Shown here one piece after another: positions 25,032-33,069 of a stretch of DNA of 33,069 nt. Each line of letters begins with the position of its first letter. Within the stretch, counting starts at the first letter, position 1. A program made the position numbers and the translations under genes. Origin of the DNA: Bdellovibrio sp. (GTDB lineage: Bacteria > Bdellovibrionota > Bdellovibrionia > Bdellovibrionales > Bdellovibrionaceae); the NCBI GenBank assembly GCA_017745015.1, contig JAGIAF010000001.1:3818-36886 (forward strand), in the 5' to 3' direction. The notes below the pieces were generated by a model. It was not told the origin of the DNA, did no database searches, and saw nothing but the letters and a program-made list of their open reading frames with translations.

Positions 25032-27452
25032 ATGTTGGAAACAACAGCTCACATCATGAGAGTTAAAAAGAGAGACGGAACTCTTGAGCCAGTGGACGTT
25101 ACGAAGATCGTTGAACGCGTAACAAGAAACTGCCAAGGCCTCACTCAAGTCGATCCACTTCGCGTGGCTACAAAAGCCATCAGCGGTCTTTACGACGGCG
25201 CAACGACTAACGAGTTGGACAATCTTTGCATCCAAACAGCTTCTTTGCTTATCGGTGAAGAGCCTGAATACTCTCGTTTGGCAGCTCGCCTTCTTTCTAT
25301 CTATATTGATGAAGAAGTTCGCTCTCAAAAATTCCAATCTTTTGCTGATTCAGTTACTTTCGGCTTCAATAATGGTTTGTTGTCTGAAACGACATACAAA
25401 TTCGTAGAAGCTAACAAAGCAGCTCTTTGCGCGGCTATTGAGCCCTACCGCACAGACCGTTTTGAATACTTCGGATTGAGAACTGTTTATGACCGCTATC
25501 TTTTGAAAAACCCAACTTCACGTCAGGTGTTTGAAACTCCTCAATACTTCTTCATGCGTGTAGCTTGCGGTTTGGCACAATCAGTTGAAGAGGCTATCGA
25601 GTTCTATCGTTTGATCTCTTCTCACGATTACATGGCTTCAACTCCGACACTGTTCAACTCTGGTACTCTTCGCCCTCAGATGTCTTCTTGCTATCTTTTG
25701 GATTCTCCAACAGACGATCTTGAAGCTATCTATAAGAAGTACACAGACATCGCTTTGCTTTCTAAATTCGCTGGCGGCATCGGTGTTGCTTACTCTCGCA
25801 TCCGTTCCCGTGGTTCTTTGATCAAAGGAACAAACGGTCACTCTAACGGCATCATCCCTTGGTTGAAAACAATGGACTCTTCCGTTTCCGCTGTAAACCA
25901 AGGTGGTAAACGTAAAGGTGCAGCTTGCGTCTACTTGGAAACTTGGCACGCAGACATCGAGGAGTTCCTTGAACTTCGCGACAACACAGGTGATGAGGCG
26001 AAACGTACTCACAACTTGAACTTGGCTAACTGGGTTCCAGACTTGTTCATGAAACGTGTTGAAACTGACGGCATGTGGTCTCTGTTTGACCCACGTGTAG
26101 TTCCTCACTTCGTAGACACTTACGGTCCAGAATTCGAAGCAGCCTTCGAAAAAGCTGAAGCTGAGAAATTGTACACTAAACAAATCAAAGCTCGCGACCT
26201 TTACTCTCGCATGATGAAAACTCTTGCGCAGACTGGTAACGGCTGGATGACGTTTAAAGATGCATCAAACATGAAAGCCAACCAAACTGGTGAAGCTGGC
26301 AACGTGATCCATCTTTCAAACCTTTGCACAGAGATCCTTGAAGTGACTTCAAATTCTGAAACAGCGGTTTGTAACTTGGGCTCTGTGAACTTGGGTCGTC
26401 ACGTTGAAAACGGTCAATTCAACTTCGAAAAACTGGCGAAATCTGTTCGCACGGCTGTGAAGTACTTGGACCGCGTTGTTGATATCAACTTCTACCCTAT
26501 CCAAACAGCTCAAGACTCCAACCACAAATGGCGTCCAGTTGGTTTGGGAGTCATGGGTCTTCAAGATGCTTTCTTCCAATTGAAGTTGCCTTTTGATTCC
26601 CAAGCCGCTCGTGATTTGTCAGCGAAAATCCAAGAAGAGATCTACTACAATGCTCTTTTGACTTCTTGCGAATTGGCTGAAAAGTACGGACCTCACGGTG
26701 CTTACGAGCAAACAAAAGCAGCTAAAGGTTTGTTGCAATACGACCTTTGGAATGTAACGCCTTCTCAACCAGAGCGTTTCAATGCTTTGAAAGCGAAAAT
26801 CAAACAGCACGGTTTGCGTAACTCTTTGATGATCGCTATCGCTCCAACTGCAACTATCGCTTCTATCGTAGGTTGCTACGAAGCGATCGAGCCGCAAGTA
26901 TCTAACTTGTTCAAACGTGAAACACTTTCTGGTGAATTCATGCAGATCAATAAGTACTTGGTGCAAGATCTTAAAGCGATGGGTCTATGGAATGAAGATC
27001 TTCGCAACGAAATCAAATTGAACGATGGTTCAATTGATGAAATCGCGGCGATCCCGCCACAGCTTAAAGAACTTTACCGCACCGTTTGGGAAATCCCAAT
27101 GAAGTCATTGATTGAAATGGCTGCAGACCGTGGCGCTTACATCGACCAAGCTCAATCTTTGAACTTGTTCATGGAAAGCCCAACAATCGGTAAAGTTTCT
27201 TCCATGTACATGTATGCATGGAAGAAAGGCGTGAAAACGACTTATTACTTGCGCTCTCGTCCAGCGACTAAGATCGCAAAAACGACTGTGAAGTCTTCTA
27301 ACAACGGTATGGGCTTGAATGCGGCCGCTGCAAACACAATGGATGCAGCTCCAGTTGCAACTCAAGAAGCAGCACCGAAAAAGACTTACTCAGATTCAGA
27401 AGTCATCGCATGCTCATTGGAAAACCCAGAAGCATGCGAGGCGTGCCAATAA
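25032..27452 (+). CDS. nrdA: Ribonucleoside-diphosphate reductase class Ia alpha subunit with ATP cone
   Basis: VKKRDG ATP cone, TPTLFNSG, SSCYL, QGGKRKGA, SNLCTEI, CNLGS, APTAT, TYYLR, C-terminal CEAC. Confidence 0.98.
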   Translation: MLETTAHIMRVKKRDGTLEPVDVTKIVERVTRNCQGLTQVDPLRVATKAISGLYDGATTNELDNLCIQTASLLIGEEPEYSRLAARLLSIYIDEEVRSQKFQSFADSVTFGFNNGLLSETTYKFVEANKAALCAAIEPYRTDRFEYFGLRTVYDRYLLKNPTSRQVFETPQYFFMRVACGLAQSVEEAIEFYRLISSHDYMASTPTLFNSGTLRPQMSSCYLLDSPTDDLEAIYKKYTDIALLSKFAGGIGVAYSRIRSRGSLIKGTNGHSNGIIPWLKTMDSSVSAVNQGGKRKGAACVYLETWHADIEEFLELRDNTGDEAKRTHNLNLANWVPDLFMKRVETDGMWSLFDPRVVPHFVDTYGPEFEAAFEKAEAEKLYTKQIKARDLYSRMMKTLAQTGNGWMTFKDASNMKANQTGEAGNVIHLSNLCTEILEVTSNSETAVCNLGSVNLGRHVENGQFNFEKLAKSVRTAVKYLDRVVDINFYPIQTAQDSNHKWRPVGLGVMGLQDAFFQLKLPFDSQAARDLSAKIQEEIYYNALLTSCELAEKYGPHGAYEQTKAAKGLLQYDLWNVTPSQPERFNALKAKIKQHGLRNSLMIAIAPTATIASIVGCYEAIEPQVSNLFKRETLSGEFMQINKYLVQDLKAMGLWNEDLRNEIKLNDGSIDEIAAIPPQLKELYRTVWEIPMKSLIEMAADRGAYIDQAQSLNLFMESPTIGKVSSMYMYAWKKGVKTTYYLRSRPATKIAKTTVKSSNNGMGLNAAAANTMDAAPVATQEAAPKKTYSDSEVIACSLENPEACEACQ

Positions 27453-27462
27453 GGCACGCCGA

Positions 27463-27490
27463 GCCCGCCGAAGCTTTAGCGAAGGCGGGT
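27463..27490. repeat. REP-like GC-rich palindrome
   Basis: GCCCGCC-GAA-GCTTTAGC-GAA-GGCGGGT hairpin in the nrdA-nrdB spacer; only one copy noticed in the window. Confidence 0.5.
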
Positions 27491-27511
27491 CCATCTTAAT
27501 AAGGATATTTT

Positions 27512-28510
27512 ATGATTTTAGATCCAGGTTTTAATCTTACACTTCGCCCGATGAAATACCCGACTATGTACGAAATGTACAAAAACGGTATCAAGAACAC
27601 TTGGACTGTGGATGAAATTGATTTCTCTACAGACCTTGTGGACCTGCACTCAAAAATGACTCCGGCAGAGAGACACTTGATCTCTCGCCTGGTGGCATTC
27701 TTTGCAACAGGTGATTCTATCGTAGGTAACAACCTTGTATTGAACTTGTACAAGCACGTGAATGCCCCAGAAGGTCGCATGTACTTGTCTCGTCAATTGT
27801 ACGAAGAAGCATTGCACGTTCAGTTCTATCTGACTTTGTTGGATACTTACATCCCAAATCCAGATGAGCGCGCGGAAGCTTTCGCGGCAATCGACAATAT
27901 TCCATCTATCAAAAAGAAAGCGGATTTCTGCTTCAAATGGATTGATTCAATCAATGAATTGGAACAATTGAACACGAAAGAAGACCGTCGTCGCTTCTTG
28001 ATGAACTTGATCTGCTTCGCAACTTGCGTTGAAGGCTTGTTCTTCTATGCAGCGTTTGCTTACGTATATTTCTTGCGTTCTAAAGGTTTATTGCAAGGTC
28101 TTGCATCTGGCACAAACTGGGTGTTCCGTGACGAATCTATGCACATGGCATTCGCTATCGAAGTTATCAAGACAGCACGTAAAGAAGAGCCAGATCTTTT
28201 CAATTCTCAAATGGAAGATATGGTTACGCAAATGCTTGAAGACGCTATCGAGTGCGAAATGGACTTTGCGAACGACGTATTGCAATTGGGCGTAGCAGGT
28301 CTTTCTCCAAAAGACATGCGCCAATACCTAGAGTATTGCGCAGACCAACGCTTGGAAAGCTTGAATATCGCTCCACGCTACAACGTGAAAAATCCGTTTG
28401 GCTTTATGGAGCTTCAAGACATGCAAGAGCTAGCTAACTTCTTCGAAAGACGCGTATCTGCTTACCAAACTGGTATCAGCGGCTCGGTTTCATTCGATGA
28501 GGCGTTCTAG
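27512..28510 (+). CDS. nrdB: Ribonucleoside-diphosphate reductase class Ia beta subunit
   Basis: FFATGDSIV, EEALHVQFY (radical Tyr), VEGLFFY, RDESMH, NFFERRVSAY. Confidence 0.97.
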   Translation: MILDPGFNLTLRPMKYPTMYEMYKNGIKNTWTVDEIDFSTDLVDLHSKMTPAERHLISRLVAFFATGDSIVGNNLVLNLYKHVNAPEGRMYLSRQLYEEALHVQFYLTLLDTYIPNPDERAEAFAAIDNIPSIKKKADFCFKWIDSINELEQLNTKEDRRRFLMNLICFATCVEGLFFYAAFAYVYFLRSKGLLQGLASGTNWVFRDESMHMAFAIEVIKTARKEEPDLFNSQMEDMVTQMLEDAIECEMDFANDVLQLGVAGLSPKDMRQYLEYCADQRLESLNIAPRYNVKNPFGFMELQDMQELANFFERRVSAYQTGISGSVSFDEAF

Positions 28511-29471
28511 TCTCCTCTGGATTCTATTTTTTGTACTATGCATCGGGGTGGGCTTCCTTCACGGATTCCTGCCCCAAGGCATTTCTAGGGACTACATTCT
28601 CCGTCCCACAAAAGTCCGCATTCTGATCACGGACGAGACTCTTTTTCCAAAGCATCTGCAAAACCAATTGGAAAACGAACTGCGCGTAAAATTTGAAGTT
28701 ACAGTCACTCGTGATTGGAATTCTATTTTAGCTAAGACTGTCGCAAGCCCATCACAAGATATCTTACTTCTTCCTTCATATTGGGCCGTAACTCTTAAGC
28801 AGCAAAATCTTCTTTATAAGATCAGCAATAACGAAAGCGAACTTCCGCAAAGAATCGCTCCTGACTTTTTAGATCCGGAAACTTCTAAACGCAGTCTCTA
28901 TTTCTTTCCGTTTTATTGGATGAAAACAGGATTCAAAACGACCTCTGGTGGATCCTTTGAAGACTTTTTGAAAAACAAAAAAGACGGAACTTTATTCCTA
29001 CTCGCCGACGAAGACCTTCTTTTAAAGCACTTCCGCGTTTGGCAAGACAATGGACTTCTGGCTGCCGTTCAACAAAAGAAGATTCTCACCTTGCCTTTAG
29101 ATCAATTGGCATCCAAGGAGCCTCGCGAAGGAGCCGTGGAGCTGCCTTTGAATGAAAACAACCCGACTCTGACAGTGCAAGATGATCTCAGCGCTCTGTT
29201 AATTTGGGGCGCATCCATTCCCGAGTCTTCTGACAAAAAAGACTTAGCTTTGGATATTCTCACGGCCTTTTCGACACCATCTTTGCAAGAGGGAAATCTG
29301 TTAAAGACACCATTTAATAGCACGCTTTTAACCGTGACAGATCTTTCTTTGCCACCGCAACGTCGCGCCACTCATATTCGTGATTTGAAATTAAAAGGCA
29401 CGCTTCTGATTGATGCCAAAAACATCGAAGCACGCAAGACTCTTAAAGAAGAGTTTAATTTGCCCTTGTAA
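28497..29471 (+). CDS. Degenerate PotD/PotF-like periplasmic binding protein, membrane-anchored
   Basis: N-terminal TM; ENELRVKFEV, DILLLPSYWAVTLKQQNLL, FLDP..FPFYWMKTG resemble polyamine SBPs; overlaps the nrdB stop by 14 nt. Confidence 0.65.
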   Translation: MRRSSLLWILFFVLCIGVGFLHGFLPQGISRDYILRPTKVRILITDETLFPKHLQNQLENELRVKFEVTVTRDWNSILAKTVASPSQDILLLPSYWAVTLKQQNLLYKISNNESELPQRIAPDFLDPETSKRSLYFFPFYWMKTGFKTTSGGSFEDFLKNKKDGTLFLLADEDLLLKHFRVWQDNGLLAAVQQKKILTLPLDQLASKEPREGAVELPLNENNPTLTVQDDLSALLIWGASIPESSDKKDLALDILTAFSTPSLQEGNLLKTPFNSTLLTVTDLSLPPQRRATHIRDLKLKGTLLIDAKNIEARKTLKEEFNLPL

Positions 29472-29946
29472 CCGAGAACTGTGTCGAGCCGTTACCGCTC
29501 GTGTTTTCGTTTCCAGAAGAGTCATAGCCTCTGATTGTCAGAGTGATTGTATTCGAACCCACAGTTAAATTCGCCGCTTTGATAGCGATATTAAAGCGAC
29601 CATTGCGGCAAGTACCAGAAGTGCTTGTCGAAGTGTTCGCCGACGAAGTTATGTCGAAAATATATTTCGCCGTATTCCCTACCGCAGCTGTGATCTTGTG
29701 GGTTGGATAAGTTGAAGCAAAACAGTTACCACTCATCTCCACCGCGGAGCCGTTACTTGTTGATCCCAAATTCGTCTTATCAGCCTGCAAAAACAGCTCT
29801 GTGGAATTGGGATCCGTATTCATGTTGTGAGACGTAGGATCAGAAATATCGTCCGTTAAAAGGGAATTTTCAGACATCGGACTGCAGGCAGCTAAAAAAG
29901 ATGCCATAGCCACACCGACCGTAATCTTAAAGAATACTGACTTCAT
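29455..29946 (-). CDS. Ser/Thr-rich lipoprotein with probable Ig-like domain
   Basis: Lipobox LAAC (Cys21); SGNC..GTCRNGRF Cys pair; GGGGA RBS. Confidence 0.8.
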   Translation of the reverse strand: MKSVFFKITVGVAMASFLAACSPMSENSLLTDDISDPTSHNMNTDPNSTELFLQADKTNLGSTSNGSAVEMSGNCFASTYPTHKITAAVGNTAKYIFDITSSANTSTSTSGTCRNGRFNIAIKAANLTVGSNTITLTIRGYDSSGNENTSGNGSTQFSVTRAN

Positions 29947-30010
29947 AACTGTCCCCCACTTATAAGAATAAAGAGAGGACGGCCAAAACTAAATCAGTTT
30001 TTAAGGAGGT

Positions 30011-30898
30011 CTAGGTTTGAAACATCCCTTTTCTCAAATTGAGATACTTCGGGTCGATAAAGAGGAAATAAGTCGCCATCATGACCGTCGCGAAGGGCAT
30101 TAACCCCATAAAGAGGCCAATTCCTAAGTGCATCGAAACGCCCATCAAAAGCCAGATATAGCGGCTCTTATTCCAAATCACCATCGGCGGGAAATACACT
30201 TCAAAGATGATCGTTGTGAATCCAATGATCGGAAGCACCCAGGGAACCGCACGCAGGAATGTAAAATCAAACGTCGTCATCTGTGGATTCGCCAGGACAC
30301 TCCACATTGCCGTTCCGTCCCACCAACTGGCGCCTTTAAGCTTTTCCCAGCCTGTATAAGCATAGATAACCATGATTTGAACTTGCATCATGCGAATCAT
30401 CATCGAGCTCAATATATCGGCCTCTTTGAACGTCGTCTTCTTTTTTAAAAGATTCAAAACACTCAGGCGTTCACAAGAATTCGTAAAAGACATATAAAAC
30501 AGAAACAACGAACCAATAACATCAGCTCCGAAGTGAACCGGATAGTCACGGTGCATGAACCCCACATAGATAACCCAAGACAGCCACATGATGGCACGAC
30601 CACCAATACCGAGAGTTAACAAAAGAAAGAGCACAGCGCCTAAGATATTGATCGGCAGATTCATCGAATCCGGCCAGAAGTTCCAACTAAAAAGAGGTCT
30701 CCCCAACTCTGGCAAAATCGCCAGAGCTTTTTCACGAGGAATCCAACTTGCATCGGTGAAGAACCAAAGATTATAGAAACGCATTATTGTCATATAGAAC
30801 AAAGTTCCACAGAGCATGATACGCATATAAGCCAAGCCTAAAAGATTCTGAGGAGCAAACCAGAAGTTTTCCCAATAAGACCAAAGCTTTTTAATCAT
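30011..30898 (-). CDS. HTTM-domain membrane protein (SdpB / vitamin K-dependent carboxylase-like)
   Basis: WENFWFAP, LAYMRI, R..VHFGAD, QIMVIYAYTGWEKLKGASWWDGTAM, MHLGIGLFMGLMPF. Confidence 0.88.
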   Translation of the reverse strand: MIKKLWSYWENFWFAPQNLLGLAYMRIMLCGTLFYMTIMRFYNLWFFTDASWIPREKALAILPELGRPLFSWNFWPDSMNLPINILGAVLFLLLTLGIGGRAIMWLSWVIYVGFMHRDYPVHFGADVIGSLFLFYMSFTNSCERLSVLNLLKKKTTFKEADILSSMMIRMMQVQIMVIYAYTGWEKLKGASWWDGTAMWSVLANPQMTTFDFTFLRAVPWVLPIIGFTTIIFEVYFPPMVIWNKSRYIWLLMGVSMHLGIGLFMGLMPFATVMMATYFLFIDPKYLNLRKGMFQT

Positions 30899-31455
30899 AA
30901 GGCCTCCTCATCGCCCGATCCGTCACAGGAATAAGAGGCATTGGCATATTTTCTTTCTTCGGAAATATCAGAAACGCTTTCGTCCTTTTTTAAAACGGCT
31001 TGATCTAGAATGGGAATAGTCTCCACGATATGTTCCATATCAACAGAGACCGCTCCTGGATATTGCTTACACAACCACGGCCCCATTAGAAGACGCAGCT
31101 TCTTTGCATCCAAGACCATAAAGCGCATCAAAGCCCACTCTCTTTTTCGAGTCAGGCTTGGAACATTTTTATCGTTTTCAGGAGAAGGATAGAAAGTTTC
31201 AACAGCATCACGCAAAGATCCATCCTCAAGAGGTGGATAGTTCACAAGAATTTTAAGATACATGGGATGAGCCGGTTCAGGGGAAAAGAAGTTCCATCCG
31301 GCATTGAGCCCTACTGTATTAGCGTAGGGCCCGAGAAATCTGGAGGTGATGCGCCCAAAGTAAGAACTCACATTGGGCATCACTAGCATCGCAAATATAT
31401 TATATACGATCCAGACACTAAGTAGAATTTTAAGTAGTGGCTTCGCCTTCGCCAT
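30895..31455 (-). CDS. HTTM partner protein (SdpA/DUF5819-like)
   Basis: N-terminal TM then GLNAGWNFFSPEP; overlaps the HTTM start by 4 nt; ATG 31455 preferred over the track start, which lies deep in scpB. Confidence 0.7.
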   Translation of the reverse strand: MAKAKPLLKILLSVWIVYNIFAMLVMPNVSSYFGRITSRFLGPYANTVGLNAGWNFFSPEPAHPMYLKILVNYPPLEDGSLRDAVETFYPSPENDKNVPSLTRKREWALMRFMVLDAKKLRLLMGPWLCKQYPGAVSVDMEHIVETIPILDQAVLKKDESVSDISEERKYANASYSCDGSGDEEAL

Positions 31456-32956
31456 CAATCTCGTCCGCCTCGCCATAGAATGGAAGTTCATCTTCTTCAG
31501 ATGACTCCTCGTCTGTGTCAGCGAACAACTGATCATCGGAAGCCATCTCAACATCTTCATCATTGTCGAAAGCTTCTTCGGCCTCAGTCAATTCATTTTC
31601 CAACTGTTCTTCTTCTGAAAGTTCAGAACTCGCCGAAAGCTCATCAGCCCCCTCGGTTGATTCTGTAGCTTCAGTCATTTCAGTTACTTCTGCAGAACCT
31701 TCTTCAGACATTGCAGGAGCACCTTTCATGAAAGCAGCTTTCTTTTCAGCCGCCATCGCCACCAAAGTAGTGCCTGCTGCCAAAGCTTCGTCGAATTTCT
31801 TCAACCAGTTCGCATCACGAGTCGACACCGGCTCACCCATCGCAAGGGCTTCACGGATGTTTTGCGCGCGTTCTGTGTCGCGTTTTTCAGCCTGACGACG
31901 TTTTTCATCTTCGAAGAAGTTCGAAGAAGTAGAGATTTCTTCCAATTGAGAAGAGATCTTCATCAACTCGTCCTCACCTGAAGAGTAGCTAACGTTATCA
32001 ACATCAGACGCTACTAGAGAGTCTGTGATCGATGCCAATGTTGGTTTTTCTTCAGCTTGCTGTTCGTCCATACCTTCAGGCAACAACTCGTCGATTTGCG
32101 ACAAAGTTGGAAGCTCTTTCAAAGAACGAAGGCCGAAGATCTCCAAGAACTTACGAGTCGTACCGTATTGCATAGGACGACCTGGGAGCTCGGATTTACC
32201 TTCGAACGTTACCAAGTTTTTCTCCATCAAAGCGCGGAGCAAGTGACCTGATTCAACGCCACGGATTTCATCCACTTCGGATTTAACACATGGTTGTTTG
32301 TAAGCGACGATAGACAATGTTTCCAAAGCTGGACCTGACAATTTGAATTGGCGCGTTTTCAAAGTGCGCTTCAAGAAGTCCATATTGTCCATTTTAGTGC
32401 GCAGCTGGTAACCACCTGGAACTTCTTCCAAAGTAACACCACGACGACCACCAGCGTATTCAACCGCCAATTGATCAAGAGCACGACGCAACTTATCGCC
32501 TTTGATATTTGTGCCTTTGAACAACAATTTCAAAGACGCCAAGCTCACCGGACGATCGCTGGCAAAAAGAACGCTCTCTACGATACTTTCAAGACGCTCT
32601 TCTTCAACGAATTCTAGTTCTTCAATGTCAGCAGATTCGAAACCATCAAGCTCCGTACCTTCAACAGAAACGTCGTCATCAGAGGCTTCAGAAGCTTCCA
32701 TTTCAGCCGCTTCTTCTTCTGTTGCTTCACGCAAGAAACCTTCAGACTCTTCCTCTTCTTGCAAGAAGATAGATGCGTCTGCTTCGATACCGTCGACGTT
32801 CATCTCCATGTCTTCAGAAGATTCTGTTTCTTCTGCAGTCATTTCCTGAGCTACTTCTTCTGTTTCAACTTCCGTTGCAATAGCAAGTTCGCTATCCATC
32901 ATTTCTGTGTCTAAAACTTCATTATTCTTTTTGGAGTTCTTTTTCTTCTTAGACAT
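31430..32956 (-). CDS. scpB: SMC-Scp complex subunit ScpB with long acidic N- and C-terminal extensions
   Basis: IVESVLFASDRP, GGYQLRT, LSGPALETLSIVAYKQP, IRGVES, GRPMQYGTTRKFLEIFGLRSLKELP. Confidence 0.96.
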   Translation of the reverse strand: MSKKKKNSKKNNEVLDTEMMDSELAIATEVETEEVAQEMTAEETESSEDMEMNVDGIEADASIFLQEEEESEGFLREATEEEAAEMEASEASDDDVSVEGTELDGFESADIEELEFVEEERLESIVESVLFASDRPVSLASLKLLFKGTNIKGDKLRRALDQLAVEYAGGRRGVTLEEVPGGYQLRTKMDNMDFLKRTLKTRQFKLSGPALETLSIVAYKQPCVKSEVDEIRGVESGHLLRALMEKNLVTFEGKSELPGRPMQYGTTRKFLEIFGLRSLKELPTLSQIDELLPEGMDEQQAEEKPTLASITDSLVASDVDNVSYSSGEDELMKISSQLEEISTSSNFFEDEKRRQAEKRDTERAQNIREALAMGEPVSTRDANWLKKFDEALAAGTTLVAMAAEKKAAFMKGAPAMSEEGSAEVTEMTEATESTEGADELSASSELSEEEQLENELTEAEEAFDNDEDVEMASDDQLFADTDEESSEEDELPFYGEADEIDGEGEATT

Positions 32957-32958
32957 TT

Positions 32959-33069
32959 CTACTCCTCAGCTTCAGTCTTAGGATCAGTATCAATAAATTC
33001 TTCAAAAACCAGTTCAGATTCAGTTACAAAAGCTGTCTCAACTTCAGTTTCAGCAATCGCTGCCACTTC
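32959..33069 (-). CDS. 3' end of upstream gene with acidic tail, probably scpA (partial)
   Basis: Reads EVAAIAETEVETAFVTESELVFEEFIDTDPKTEAEE* and stops 2 nt before the scpB ATG; identity inferred from usual scpA-scpB order only. Confidence 0.55.
   Translation of the reverse strand, partial: EVAAIAETEVETAFVTESELVFEEFIDTDPKTEAEE

Noticed and set aside
25032-28510. Intein, intron or non-canonical RNR class
   Set aside because: Both ORFs are uninterrupted, of normal length, and NrdB keeps the metal ligands and radical Tyr.
31480-32849. Ser-rich plus-strand ORFs
   Set aside because: Antisense reflection of GAA-rich acidic codons in scpB.

Overview
Gene-dense chromosomal window, most likely from a Bdellovibrio-like predator (inferred from gene content, RxPAS motifs and signal-peptide style). 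In order: kup K+ transporter (runs off the left edge, possibly ATC-initiated); an unlisted 49-aa membrane peptide; FMN reductase; GYF-PilZ protein; two putative outer-membrane proteins; M14 carboxypeptidase; a 10-gene Agl-Glt (gliding/TonB-like) operon with a sigma-54 promoter, bracketed by terminators and containing a large beta-rich lipoprotein and a terminal vWA/MIDAS lipoprotein; a secreted, possibly TULIP/BPI-like protein divergent from an MMPL/RND transporter that reads in frame into a LolA-like gene retaining its own RBS and signal peptide; a solute-binding protein; a head-to-head MnmD-type methyltransferase/TIGR01212 radical SAM pair; class Ia nrdAB with an NrdR box and a REP-like intergenic hairpin; a degenerate PotD-like gene; and an (scpA)-scpB-SdpA-like-HTTM-lipoprotein run. 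No rRNA, tRNA, CRISPR or transposase was seen. The best candidates for new biology are the MMPL-LolA fusion/TULIP-like lipid-handling module and the sigma-54 Agl-Glt-like operon. All family calls come from motif recognition, not database searches.
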